A model generated the notes under the pieces. The model was given only the letters and a program-made list of their open reading frames with translations. It made no database searches and was not told the DNA's origin. A stretch of 64,000 bases of DNA from Eledone cirrhosa (lineage: Eukaryota), in contig OZ024740.1 of the NCBI GenBank assembly GCA_964016885.1, forward strand, positions 84,754,001-84,818,000, given 5' to 3'. Shown here piece by piece: positions 12,437 to 27,019 of the stretch. Each line of letters opens with the position of its first letter. Positions within the stretch are counted from its first letter, which is position 1. The position numbers were made by a program, and so were the translations under genes.

Positions 12437-12672
12437 GATATTAACAAATGGAAACTATATTTATAAAACCATATTTATTTCATTATACATATTTCAAGGA
12501 TACCAATTTAACTTGGTATCCTTGAAATATGTATAATGAAATAAATATGGTTTTATAAATATAGTTTCCATTTGTTAATATCGTATATCTACTCCAAATA
12601 CTTGTCGAGTGCTTTATATCAGTTATAAAAATATTTGCTTGTTGTATCCCAAAAATTTAAATAAAACTTTTG
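12431..12672. mobile_element. Fold-back hairpin (76-bp arms, 6-nt loop) with one-sided tail in (TA)n
   Basis: 12431-12506 / 12513-12588 inverted; tail runs to ~12672. Confidence 0.75.
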
Positions 12673-12673
12673 C

Positions 12674-12706
<33 letters not shown>

Positions 12707-12997
12707 TACAGACATATACACATATATACACACATACACACATATAAATACACACACAGAACCACACAAACACATACACACACACACACACACACACATA
12801 TACATATATATATATATATACACATATATATACATATATATACACGCGTACATGTGTGCGTGCGCATGTGTATGTATGTACATGTATGCACCTGCAGATA
12901 CACATGTGTATACCTGTGTGCAAGTGCACGTGTGTGCACATGCACATGCACATAAGTGTATATGTATACATATATACACACACACACACATGCACAC

Positions 12998-13051
<54 letters not shown>

Positions 13052-13055
<4 letters not shown>

Positions 13056-13425
13056 AGTGCCGTACTAAGAGTGAGAAATGAAATTTCGTTTTCATTTTTT
13101 TACAACTCATCGTTTTCGGTGCGCCTGACCGATTTAACTCACTCGATATGCAAATTAGGCTGCTCAGCCGTTAATTTTCATAAGGAAAGTATATACTTTC
13201 GAACGTTCAACTATCTGGCAGATGGGTATACGGTGCTGATGATAGCTAACAAGCTTGAAACTAGTACATCGTTCCTGTGTCAGTGTTGAACAAAAAGGTG
13301 ACGTGGTTGCCTTAACACTGTGCGGCATAAATTCAGGCTGTTCAGTTTGTTTACAAACGAACAAAACGGGCGCTATAATAAGCGTCCGCTAAACTGATGC
13401 GTACATATATGTATGTGTACCTGTA

Positions 13426-13473
<48 letters not shown>

Positions 13474-13588
13474 TGCTACTGTACGTCTGTATACATATAT
13501 GTATGTACGTATACATACATACTTACATTTAAGTAAGTGCCGTACTAAGAGTGAGAAATGAAATTTCGTTTTCATTTTTTTACAACTC

Positions 13589-13590
<2 letters not shown>
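13052..13590 (+). mobile_element. Partial-tandem (480-nt unit) hammerhead element, retrozyme/PLE-like
   Basis: 59-bp direct repeats 13052-13110 and 13532-13590 enclose a hammerhead; (TA)n flanks. Confidence 0.72.
13231..13271 (+). ncRNA. Minimal type I hammerhead ribozyme
   Basis: CGGTG-CTGATGA-t AGCT aaca AGCT t-GAAA-C ta G-TA-CATCG; palindromic ACTAGT stem III. Confidence 0.85.
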
Positions 13591-13623
<33 letters not shown>

Positions 13624-13864
13624 CACACATACACACATACATATACATGTGTGCGTGCATATATGCATGTGCGTATGTGTATATGTGTGCATGCGTACGC
13701 ATGTGTGTGTGCATACACATATACACATACATACATATACACATATATATATATATATACACATACATGGGTGTATATACATATGCATATGTATCTGCAC
13801 ACATACACACACACACACACACACACATACACATACACACAAGCACACACATACACATCCACAA

Positions 13865-13907
<43 letters not shown>

Positions 13908-13908
13908 C

Positions 13909-13963
<55 letters not shown>

Positions 13964-14049
13964 CATACATATATAAATACAATTACATACACACACATAC
14001 ACACATATATACATGCAAATACACATACATATATATACACATATACACA

Positions 14050-14099
<50 letters not shown>

Positions 14100-14232
14100 C
14101 ACACACACACACATACACACACACATACACACACACATATATATATATATATATGTATACATATACACAAATATATACACACATACATACACATATATAC
14201 ACACACATACACATACACACATATATATACAT

Positions 14233-14287
<55 letters not shown>

Positions 14288-14533
14288 CACATACACACAT
14301 ATATATATATATATATATATACATATATACATACAAATAAGTACTCAATAAATATACGCATATACACAGGCACATAAAAACAGCTCTAAAGGCAGAAAAT
14401 GCAGATAGGTAAGAGGTACTCACATAACCATAGTGGCTGTATTTCAGGTTGATGAGGGGTGGGGGTAGGGTGGGAAGGAGGTACAGGGGCTAAAAGGAGG
14501 AGGTCGTTTTTAGCCATCGGGCTTTAACACTGG

Positions 14534-15578
14534 CTAAAAGTATTTGAAAGTTGCAAAGTTCTTGTGCATGCAGTTCGGGCAGTGTTCAGAGAGTTTGTTC
14601 ATTAGCGGGCCCTTGGCGAATATAATTTCGTAGCTCTCTGAGATACAAAGGTCGCAGCCCTTGTGTCCTCCGTTGTAAGAGCGCGCTTTCTGGAGTATTT
14701 TCCATTTAAGCGTGAAGGGGGTGGAGTTCCTTTTGAGATCCCAAACATGGGAGGCGAGTGTTGTCTGGTTTGATTTGTCCGGTCTTCTGAAGGAGTGGGT
14801 ATGGGCATACCAACGGGTCTTAAAATTATTGGAAGTCATGCCGATGGAAGTTTTTTTGTTATTGCAATCATCGGTGCCTGAGATGACATCGCATTTGTAT
14901 ACGATATCATTTGTGAGGCATTTGTTTTCAAGTGGGCATGCTTCCTTATTTAGGCAATTAAACAAAGCCCCAGTCCGGGGATTGGTTTCGGAGGTGGTTG
15001 GCTTATTTAATTTTTTAGAATTGTGGTTGGCTATATTCCTAGCTAGGTTAGGTGTAGTGGAGTAGGAGAGTCTTATTGTGTTCTTATTAAAGATGGTGTA
15101 GTACCTATGTTGTATGGGGAAGTGTATTTTCAGCAAAGTGAAGAAAATCCTAACTATCGGTGTAGAGACCTCTCTATTGAAGGGAGGGTTGTACCAGCTA
15201 ATCTGCCTATGCCTATTCCTCCTCTGCATTCTTGCGGTGGTTTCTAGGTAGGTTATCTTTTCTTTAAATCCGCTGAGGGCGAGGGCGTCATTGTAGTAGG
15301 AGGCAGAGGCGTTAAAAATATCTTTGTTGGCGGAGAGGCCAGATATTCTAATAGAGACGCTTTTTACTAAGTTATCAGTGATGTTTTGGGGGTAGTTTGA
15401 ATTAACATTAATATATCTAAGGGACTCGTTAGGTTTGTGGTACGGGTAATAGAGGGAAGTATCTAGGTCGAGAGTGACATCTAAGAAGTTGGCCCTAGTC
15501 AAATTAGATTCTATAATTATACTAAATCCTAGATTAGAGAAAAACGAGCTTAAGTTTTTCCGAAACCCATCGGTGGTT
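14534..15578 (-). pseudogene. Naiad-clade PLE ORF 3' part: RT C-terminus (NFLDVTLDL), thumb, GIY-YIG endonuclease
   Basis: WYNPPF, NCLNKEACPLENKC, IVYKC...SIGMTSNNFKTRWYAH, CDLC and CMH follow the CxC/Cx5C/CxxC/CxH pattern described for Naiad PLEs; 5'-truncated. Confidence 0.85.
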
Positions 15579-16688
15579 CTGATAACTTAGTAAAAAGCGT
15601 CTCTATTAGAATATCTGGCCTCTCCGCCAACAAACATATTTTTAACGCCTCTGCCTCCTACTACAATGAATCCCTCGCCCGCAGCATTTTTAAAGAAAAG
15701 ATAACCTACCTAGAAACCACCGCAAGATTGCAGAGGAGGAATAGGCATAGGCAGATTAGCTGGTACAACCCTCCCTTCAATAGAGAGGTCTCTACACCGA
15801 TAGCTAGGATTTTCTTCACTTTGCTGAAAATACACTTCCCCATACAACATAGGTACTACACCATCTTTAATAAGAACACAGTAAGACTCTCCTACTCCAC
15901 CACACCTAACCTAGCTAGGAATATAGCCAACCACAATTCTAAAAAATTAAATAAGCCAACCACCTCCGAACCCAATCCCCGGACTGGGGCTTTGTGTAAT
16001 TGCCTAAATAAGGAAGCATGCCCACTTGAAAACAAATGCCTCACAAATGATATCGTATACAAATGCGATGTCATCTCAGGCACCGATGATTGCAATAACA
16101 AAAAAACTTCCATCGGCATGATTTCCAATAATTTTAAGACCCGTTGGTATGCCCATACCCACTCCTTCAGAAGACCGGACAAATCAAACCAGACAACACT
16201 CGCCTCCTATGTTTGGGACCTCAAAAGGAACTCCACCCCCTTCACGCTTAAATAGAAAATACTCCAGAAAGCGCGCTCTTACAACGGAGGACACAAGGGC
16301 TGCGACCTTTGTATCTCAGAGAAATACGGTCACTATGGTTATATGCGTATATTTATTGAGTACTAATTTGTATGTATATATATGTGTGTATATATATATA
16401 TGTATATGTGTGCATGTGTGTGCGTATGTATATATGTATACATATACACATATGTGCATGTGCATGTGCACACACGTGCACGTGCACGTGCACACAGGTA
16501 TACACATGTGTATCTGCAGGTGCATACATGTACATGCATACACATGCGCACGCACACACATGTACACGTGTATATATATGTATATATATGTGTATATATA
16601 TATGTATGTGTGTGTGTGTGTGTGTGTATGTGTTTGTGTGGTTCTGTGTGTGTATTTATATGTGTGTATGTGTGTATATATGTGAATA

Positions 16689-16803
<115 letters not shown>

Positions 16804-16916
16804 GTGTATATGTGTGTATGTGTGTATATGTGTATATGTAGGTGTATGTATGTATGTGTGTGTGTCTATATATATATGTATATGTATATATGTATGTGTG
16901 TATGTATATATGTGTA

Positions 16917-16964
<48 letters not shown>

Positions 16965-17117
16965 GGTTTGAGGTTCACCACTGTATAGAGCTGGTCTATT
17001 CCGTATGGTCAATCGTAATGCAATAATATAGAGAGTACTCAACGTAAAGCAGTTCAACCGTCTTTGTTTTTGTAGTTAAATTTACACAAATCCAGCCTCC
17101 TGTCATTTCATTATAAT

Positions 17118-17156
<39 letters not shown>

Positions 17157-17159
<3 letters not shown>

Positions 17160-17309
17160 CGAAGGAAATGTGGTAAGGAACCAGGTGGACCATAACGCAC
17201 CAAAGTACTCAATACTTGAGGTAGTAGAGTGGGTAATAGGAACCAGTAAGGCCCGTCCAGAATTAGCCGTCGAAACGGCTTGAGCTCAGCTGTCGGGGTC
17301 TTACTGGTT

Positions 17310-17313
<4 letters not shown>
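17157..17313. mobile_element. Small fold-back insert with 3' half of a hammerhead
   Basis: 18-bp inverted repeats 17237-17254 / 17296-17313; GAAA-CGGC ttgagctca GCTG-TC at 17272-17294; left tail; (TA)n flanks. Confidence 0.6.
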
Positions 17314-17402
<89 letters not shown>

Positions 17403-17919
17403 GTGTGTATATGTATATGTATGTGTGTTTATATATATATATATGTATATGTGGATGTATGTGGGTGCGCGCGAGTGTGTGAGTGAGTGTGTTTGTGAAT
17501 GTGTCTGTTGACTTTTGGAATATAGTTTAATAGTTTAAGAGAAATTTGAAGATAATGGTATGATATGCACTCAATATTTTGAACTGGTCTATAGAATTCT
17601 CTAGGCCTTTGTCACTTAGTAGAACCTTAAAGAATTAACTTTTAAAGAATCTCCCTTTTCTTTAAATCCATCAACCATGACTGACCCCAATGATCTTATA
17701 GACACCTGAAATCTAGGCATTGTTAGCTTAAGAGAAACTTAAAAATAAGGAGTGGCACCCCATCCTGAACTTGTTTATAAATATAAACTATAGCTTTGAA
17801 GAATTAGCTTTTAATGAATTCCCTTTTCTATCAACCAATGACCTACACCAATCCCACTCCCTACCCTCTCCTACCACCTGTAGAAACCTATAAATACCAT
17901 ACTTATTTTTTGATACCCA

Positions 17920-17968
17920 GATTCCTGATGATTTCTAAAGAATGAAACAGTTCTAGTCCTGTAGAATC
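17920..17968 (+). ncRNA. Minimal type I hammerhead ribozyme (Naiad pLTR, right arm)
   Basis: GATTC-CTGATGA-TTTCTAAAGAAT-GAAA-CAGTTCTAGTCCTG-TA-GAATC. Confidence 0.88.
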
Positions 17969-18016
17969 TCATCTATATTAAAACTATATATATATATATC
18001 CGTATTTGTCTGTAAG

Positions 18017-18132
<116 letters not shown>

Positions 18133-18687
18133 TGCTATACTCAATAATTAAACTGTTTGCAAAAATTCTCATTAAATTAAAATTGACCTCAAAGTTGCTG
18201 AAAAAATAGGAAATCCTTGTGGTATTGTCGTGAAATTCAATAGCTCAGACAAGTGACAGTATTATGTTCCGTTATCAACATCTCTCAATGAAGTGAAATT
18301 TACTCTTTGTTAAAGAAATAGAAAAACAACCTACCGCTTTTTGTTAGCCAGTCACGAACGAAGAAGATAGTTTCTTGAAACTGGAAATAAATTTGTCATA
18401 CTTAAGGGAAAATGTAATCGTTCTGGGTTTTAGTTTCCAAATAACATTTTCTAATTCAGAAATTATACCCGGTAAAATTCTTTCTAAGTCTTATCTGCGT
18501 GTAAAATTATATCAACTGGTGGATCTTGGCATAAGCAGACTAAGCTTTGTTGGTAGCTGTTAAGAGTGAAACCTATTGCGGATAGGTTTCACTCTTAACA
18601 TTGCCTGATAACATAGATCTAATTTTAATGTCAAATTTATCTTTTGAAATTATCTTTCCTTTCTTTGAGAATTGCCATCAATTACTA

Positions 18688-21600
18688 TCTATATATTAAT
18701 TTCAACAACGTCATTATTCCGTGTGTCATAATTCTCGATTATCATTGGTTCATAGGTTTCAAGCGACTCCGCCCACCTCAACGACGCCAAACTGAAATTA
18801 ATATGCATTATGCCAATGAGGGAGTGAGAGGGAGTGTGTGAACGCTGTGTTTGATACACTATGTTGTGTGCGTGTGTATATATGTGCGCGTATGTTTATG
18901 TGTGTGTGCGTGCATGCAGCGTTCCACAGAAAGTAAAAACTATCAACATGTGTGAGTGTGTGCGTGTGTAAGTTTGCGTGCGTGTGCGCGTTTCCATGCG
19001 CGTATGTGTGTGGCGTTCCACAATCGCCACGCAGTTTATCTGTCTGTGTGCCTGTCTGTCAGTCTAACATACACAGAGTTGTGAAGGGAGTAAATAGGGA
19101 CCTTTTTTTTCATTGACGGACATCTTTTATATTTATTATTGTGTCATTTTTTGACAATTGCTCGAAATGAATACTGATAATAAAAGCAATTCGACTTTAT
19201 CAAACGGTGAGCTACAGTGGCGACGGCGTGCAGCCAGCAATGACGAAAAACGGGCCAAACAGCGCCATCGGAACGCCGAACTTCAGAGGCGAAGACGTGC
19301 CACCATGAATGAAGAGGAGCTGGCTGAACAACGCCAACGAAACACTGGAGCCAAGCAGCGGCGGCGTGCTGCGATGGTTGAAGACGAACTGGCTGAGCAT
19401 CATCAGCAGATAGCCAGAATTCAGCAGAAACGGCGTGCTGCGGTGGATGAAGAGGAGCTGGCTGAACAGCGCCAGCGCAATACAGAAGTTCAGAGAATGT
19501 GTCGCCAAAGGGCTCCTTATTCCAGTAAAGAGGCTACAAGGCGAACGGATGATATTAAAAATGGATCATGGCAACCGTGTCATTTTCAGATTGGTGGACG
19601 AGCAGAGTGTCATTGTGGAGCATTGCTTTGGAGGCACGAAAAGACGTGGACCACAATGTGCTGTCATAAAGGAGCAGTTCAACTAGAACCCTTGCGAATT
19701 CCGGATGATGAAGAGTCACTGGAGTTTAAAATACTAAGTATGTGGGGTGATCAAGGAGACCGAGGTAGATTACTGCGCAAATATTCGCGGTAAATTAACA
19801 ATTCATTAGCTTTAGCATCGCAGAGTGTTAGTGGGATGTTTGAGAGTGGAGCATGGCAACCGAATGTAGTCATTCAAGGCCGTTTGTATCATTGTATCGG
19901 TAATTTAGAAGTTACCCCAGGAGAGAGGCCTCGATTCGCTCAAATTTACGTTAACGATCCAGATTATAGTGAATCGGGGGAGGATATCAGGATCGGTTGG
20001 ATGAAGTTGCTGGGAAATATAACTAAACTTGAACGGCAAAGGTTAAGTGATTTGATCCGTGATTTGCAATCATGGCTTAGACAGTGTAATCCTTATGTTA
20101 TGGATTTCATGTTGGTGGCTGAACTGCAAAATGTTCAGCAGCAAACATTGTGATTAAGGCTGACGCAGTGCCAAGGAATCAACACGAACGGCGATATAAT
20201 GCCCCTGAAGGATTACGTGAAGTTGCTGTGTTGATGGACGATAAGCCTGGATCGAGAGATATCGTCCTCAATCGTAGAGATGGTGGTCTCAAGACTATCA
20301 ATGAGTCAAATAGGGCATACGATCCATTGCATTATGTTCTTTTATTCCTAAAAGGTGAAAATGGATGGAACATGTCTATTCATTTAGATGATCATGAGAA
20401 TCAGCATCAACAGGGAGGCGACAATAGACACAATAATTCGATTCGCGACTTTTACGCGTTCCATTTGAACGAGAGGAATCAACAGATAAATGCGCTATTT
20501 CAAGCCAGCAGATTGTTCCAGGAATACTGTTGTATGGCATTCGCAAAGATGGAAAATCAAAGACTAAATTATATAGCTACACATCAGCAACATATCAGAG
20601 CTGAATTGTATAATAATAAACAGGATGCGATAACAGCCGATGATGCCAATTACAACAAATTGGTCGGCGCATCATTTTGCCATCGTCGTTCATCGGCGGC
20701 CCGAGATATATGAACATTCGCTATGAGGATGCAATGGCTATTGTCAGAAAGTTTTGTAAGCCCGATTTGTTTATAACGGTTACATGCAATCCTGAATGGA
20801 CTGATATTAATGATGCACTTTTGCCAGGACAACAGCCAAAGGACCGTCCTGATATTGTGGCAAGAGTATTCAAAGGATATCTGAAAAAGATAATGGATGA
20901 TGTGGAAAAAGAGGGAATCTTTGGAGGTATAGTTGCTTTTACATACGTAATTGAATTCCAAAAAAGAGGATTGCCACATGCACATTTGCTGATCATTTTA
21001 CATAGAGATTGCAAAGTGAGATGTGCTGAGGATGTCGACAGCGTTGTGTGCTGAACTGCCGGAGAATGAGGCACTACGCAACTTGGTGTCAAAGTCAATG
21101 GTGCACAACCAATGCGGAGTGGCAAATCGGAAAGCGCCTTGCATGAAAAATGGCCAATGCAGTAAGGACTTTCCGAAATCTTTTCTCACGAACACTTCCT
21201 GGAACGATGGGGATGCTCACCCCTCATACAGAAGACGGTCGCCTGCAGATGGCGGTTTATCGAAAATATAAACGGTCGACAGGTTATAAATCAATGGGTT
21301 GTGCCATACAATCCATATTTGATTATGAAATATCGTTGTCGTATTAATGTGGAAATTTGTAGCTCAGTGAAAGCTTGAAATATCTATTCAAATATGTTTA
21401 CAAAGGTCATGATCGGGCAAGGATCAATGTCAGGAACGAGGAAGCGAACCAAGGAGATGAAGTTGGCAGGTTCCAGGATGTTCGCTCGATTGGATCTAGC
21501 AAAGCTTGCTGGAGATTGTTCGATTTTGATCTCAATGAACGCAAACCCAGCATTCAGAAACTGACGGTTCACTTAGAGAATAGGCAAATGGTCTGTTTTC

Positions 21601-24600
21601 AGGACACTAGAAGAGGTGTCGAAAGAATTGCTAACGCACCACCTCCTAAGACGGAATTGACTGAGTGGTTCAAGCATAATAGGGAACATGCTTTGAACCC
21701 GGATCAAAGGCAACTCTACTGCGATTTCCCTTCGCACTATACGTGGGATAAGAAGGGAAAGAAATGGAATGATAGAAAACAAAAGTTGAGATTCATGACT
21801 ATTGGACGGGTTTGTAATGTCCATCCAGCATCTGGTGATGTGTTTTATCTCCGAATTCTGTTGCATAATGATTTTTTCGAGAGGTAAACAGAGCTTCGCT
21901 GATTTGAAAACAATCAATGGCGTGGAATATGAAAGATACCAGGCTGTGTGTCAGCATCTGGGACTCCTTCAGGATGACGCTGAATGGAATAACCCAATGG
22001 AAGCTGCAGGAACAACACAGATGCCAGCTCAAATAAGGCAGTTGTTTGTCACGATTCTAGAATTCTGCAATCCTGCTGATCCAAGAGAGTTATTTGAACG
22101 CCATTGGGGAATTATGGCTGATGATTTTAGGCATCATCTTCAGGTCAATGATGAAAATTTGATGAAAGCTATTGTTTTGCTCAATATTGAGCAACTGCTT
22201 GAAGTTCATTTCAAATGTTTAACAGATTTCAATTTGCCAATTCCTGATGAAGAAATGCGGCAACGTGTCTTAGCATTAAACATGAGATTGCAGCTTAGAC
22301 GGTTGCCACTTGATCGGAGGGAACTATTCCAGTTTGATCCACTGGAACAGCAACGTATTGTGGATGAACGTATGCCAATGTTGACCCAATCTCAGAGAGA
22401 ATTGGTTGATGGCGTTCTCCACTCGATTTCCACTAATGAGCAACTTTGTGCCTTCATAGATGCTCCAGGGGGCACCGGAAAGACATTCTGTTTCAACACT
22501 ATGTTATCGGCAGTCAGAGCTCAGCGGAAGATTGCTTTCCCTGTGGCCACCAGTGGGATCGCTGCCATTTTGCTGAGTGGTGGAAGGACCTTCCACTCAT
22601 GCTTCAAGGCTCCATTGGCTCCGGATGAGTTGAGTGTCTGTAACATTACAGGAAAAAGTTAATTCGCGGGCCTTATACGCAATACGTCTCTGATTATTTG
22701 GGACGAGGCTCCAATGGCACACAGATATTTGCTGGAGGCATTGGACAGAACTTTGAGAGATATCTGCGGTAGTGACCTGCCATTCGGTGGTAAGACTATC
22801 GTTCTTGGTGGCGATTTCAGACAGGTGCTACCAACTGTTAGGAATGCTCAAAGAGCGCAAATTGTCGATGCATGTCTGAAAATGTCCCCGTTGTGGTGCC
22901 ATTTCAGAGTTTTGCGATTACACGATAATATGCGACTTCGTATGTTCGGGCAAAACGAAGATGCTGAGACATACGGCCGATGGTTGATGCAGTTGGGAAA
23001 CGATGAATTGCCACACGTTGGTGATAATCAGACTGTAAGAATCCCAGACCATTTGGTCATGCCACTGGACTGCCAAGCATTGATTGACTGGGTGTTCCCT
23101 AATTTGAATGCTTTTTGGCAGAATATCTCCTGGATATCGGAACACATTATTCTAACTCATACGAATGCAACGGTCGATGAAATAAATTCACAAGTAGCCG
23201 GAATGTTTCTTGGAGAGGAATGGTTGACCATCAGTGCGGATGCAATGGAGCCTAATCAGCAGAACAATATGGATGTTCCGACTGAGTATCTGAATTCACT
23301 TCAAATACCTGGATTTCCCCCACATATTTTGAGGTTGAAAAAGGGTATGCCGACTATATTGCTTAGAAATATCAATCATAAAATGGGTCTTTGCAATGGT
23401 ACTAGATTGATTGTTGAGAGATTGATTAACGGAAGACTTTTAGAAGCTAAACTCCCAGGCAGAGAGGAATCGGTTCTCATTCCAAGGATCATACTGAGAC
23501 CAAGTGAAGATATGCTGCCATTCATTTGGTAAAGGAGACAGTTTCCCGTCAACTTGGCCTTCTCCATGACTGTCAACAAGGCACAGGGACAGACTTTCAA
23601 GCGAGTCGGTGTCTACTTGAATCATCCAGCATTCAGCCATGGGCAACTGTATGTTGCTGCATCTCGAGTGTGCAATCCTGATGGTATAAAATTTGCAGTT
23701 GATACCACTAACAGAGGAACAACCCTGAATATTGTCTATAATGGAACTTTGAGCTGATGTATGCATATCTTTAATGCTATCAATAAGCGACATAAATGAT
23801 TCGGACATTGGTGTCCTTTGATCAGTATTGTGAGCTTTGACAGAGTTATCATTTCTGTTCAATGTCATTTATTGTCGATAATGAGCAATAAAAACCAACA
23901 AATATTGGTAGAAATTGCCTTCAAATTTATCGCTTCTGATTGCGGTGGTAATAAAACCTCATCATGTGCTGAGTCTGGCAAAAAGGTTGGATCTTATGGC
24001 CGGCCAGGGCTAGAGTAATATTGAAAAACGATTCTACTTTCGAAGTAGAAGGATCCACCATTTGGAGTTCAAACCAGGCCACCTCCCCGAGTTGAACTCT
24101 GGGCAATATTGACTGTCTATTACTCAGTGGCTAAGAGCCTGGAAATTACTGAATAAATTTTTGTGTCATATAATTTGTTGTTTTATTATTATAGCTGACC
24201 ACTTATAGATAAGCATGTTATCCATATCCATATTAATTTGGCATTTGTATAAACCATATCAAGTAAATATGGACCTTTTTTACATTGACGGACATCTTTT
24301 ATATTAATTACCTATATCTATATCTACATATAATATAAAAGATTGGAACTTCCATCATCCTTTTGAGAAACGTGGAACAACCACGTCTATGCAATGATAC
24401 ACGTTTTAGTCAGGCAGAAGATGAACCATCTCCTAGAGGTCACTATTCTGGGTGGGAGTACCTAGAATTGTTCATATACTATGCACAAACGGTACAACGA
24501 AGAATCTGGTATATCTGGAAGATTTTTTTTACTGTTTTTTGTATCACACAGACACCACGGACTCGCCTCATACTGTAACCAGACAAACATCCAATACAGT

Positions 24601-24667
24601 CATTTTCTCTTTTACCTGTCTTCTCTTATCATCTGTTTACCCGGGCGAAGCTGGGTATGTCAGCTAG
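18688..24667 (+). mobile_element. Helitron (formerly autonomous, decayed)
   Basis: Candidate 5' end A|TCTATATATT at 18688 (tentative); 3' hairpin acccgggcgaagctgggt then CTAG|T at 24664-24667; RepHel inside. Confidence 0.8.
19158..23757 (+). pseudogene. Helitron RepHel (HUH Rep endonuclease + Pif1-family helicase) with stops and frameshifts
   Basis: Zn-finger CHCGALLW..CCHKG; Rep motifs PDLFITVTCNPEW, EFQKRGLPHAH, KYLFKYVYKG; helicase motifs APGGTGKT, WDEAPM, GDFRQVLP, KAQGQT, GQLYVAASRV. Confidence 0.93.
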
Positions 24668-25279
24668 TATGAATAATGTTTTCTTATTCTAAGAGACAAA
24701 TATTAATTTATTTATCATTCTCTATAGATCCCTTCAAAACCGAGAACACTTTTAGCCCTGGGCATATATACACCCTATAAAGGGAAGGCCTAAAGAAAAT
24801 TGAAGTATTAAAACTTTAAAATAATACTTGATAAGATTAATACAACGTGGGAACTGAAAACTTCACCAAAAACATAATAAATCGAATCTCTACTAGCAAC
24901 ACTGCTACAACTGATTCCAAAGATCATAGCTGAAAGGAAATACTGAAAACTTGGTAAATGTGACTCATAACTAGTATTTCTCAACTAAATATTACCAGGA
25001 GTGTATTCTGGAGCACAATATGAAGCTGGAATGTTATATATGGATGGTTTAATGAAACCTGTGTTCACATACTAGCTATATGGCTCACGGTACATGGCAG
25101 AAGACACACAATGCTCTAGCAGCAGAGGCATTGTATAACCAAACACAAAAGACTGTGGTGGAATATAAAAATTTGATTCTCTGGCAAGTATATTTAAACA
25201 AGATGAGAATGTACTGACATGACAGTATAAACGATGATAGATGCATGTCTTGCACATTCTTTGATGCGGTCTACTCACG

Positions 25280-25450
25280 TTACAAAAAGGCAGCGAATTT
25301 GGCAAAGTCGTTAGAACTTCGAGTAGTATGCTTTGCGGTATTCGCTTCGGCTCTCTACCCTTTGAGTTCAAATCTCGGCGATGTCAACTTTGCCTTTCAT
25401 CCATTCAAGGTCGATAAAAAAGTACCAATCTAGTACTGGGTCGATTCTTC
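25280..25450 (+). mobile_element. Diverged tRNA-derived SINE
   Basis: B-box-like gagttcaaatc and central block ctttgcctttcatcc..gtcgataaaa..gtacca. Confidence 0.7.
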
Positions 25451-25928
25451 ATCTATATATCTTTCTCACTTCCAGTCTCTCACTCTCTTTCTCTGCCCTT
25501 CTTTGGATGAAATCTGCTTTATTCAGACTTGGAGAGGAGATAGGCTCCGCCAGGTTTAAAAGGTTCCCTAGAAACTCCGTATGTCAATTCAGCGCCCCTA
25601 CGACTACCTGAGGAGGTATTGGACCATACATAGCCACGTTACAATAATATTTCGACAGTGTAGAATAGTAATTGTCATAGATGCACAAGGACTTATAAAA
25701 CATGGAGTTGTTTCGCATTTTCAGTCATTATCCATTATAATCATATGTCATAACATCTATAACAGCAATAATGTCATTATCTTTCAAATTTATTATTATT
25801 ACATAAGCTGAAAATATCAAAATACTTGCAGATGTTAATGCATCTATACACACACACTTAATAATACAAAACGCACACCTTCTCACACACACACACATGC
25901 GCGCACATACAGAGGCTTATATATAACT

Positions 25929-25996
<68 letters not shown>

Positions 25997-26173
25997 GTAT
26001 ATATATATATATATAGTAATAATAATAAATGTGAAGACTAAAATCCGAAGAGGGCTCGATAAGGATAATATATATATCAAATATATAAAAACCATAGGGA
26101 AAAATCCCGTTAAGGGTGAAAGCAGCGATTCTTTGCATAAACTTTAATCTGTTCTTATAATAAATATACATAC

Positions 26174-26216
<43 letters not shown>

Positions 26217-26263
26217 CCTATATATATGTGTGTGTGTGTGTACAGTAAATATATATATATATA

Positions 26264-26971
<708 letters not shown>

Positions 26972-27019
26972 ATATATACATAATGATTGCTTCATCTTTG
27001 CAGATAATCGCCGTCTCCC

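Larger units (their letters stand above)
8817..15578 (-). mobile_element. Naiad-type Penelope-like element, 5'-truncated left arm with tail and nested insertions
   Basis: RT-end/GIY-YIG ORF at 14534-15578, microsatellite-rich 3' UTR, pLTR with hammerhead (8903-8951) and ~70-nt tail. Mirrors 15579-17985. Confidence 0.8.

Noticed and set aside
12517-12552. Hammerhead-like TTGAAAT...GAAA in the 12431 hairpin
   Set aside because: Core position 9 and the cleavage triplet do not fit.
14534-16322. Selenoprotein-type Naiad (in-frame UGA at conserved Cys positions)
   Set aside because: The visible Cys motifs use TGT/TGC in both arms; the only internal stop is a TAG at a Trp position in the right arm.
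21802-23757. Host Pif1 helicase gene
   Set aside because: It is fused to HUH Rep motifs, intronless, disrupted and followed by a Helitron 3' terminus.
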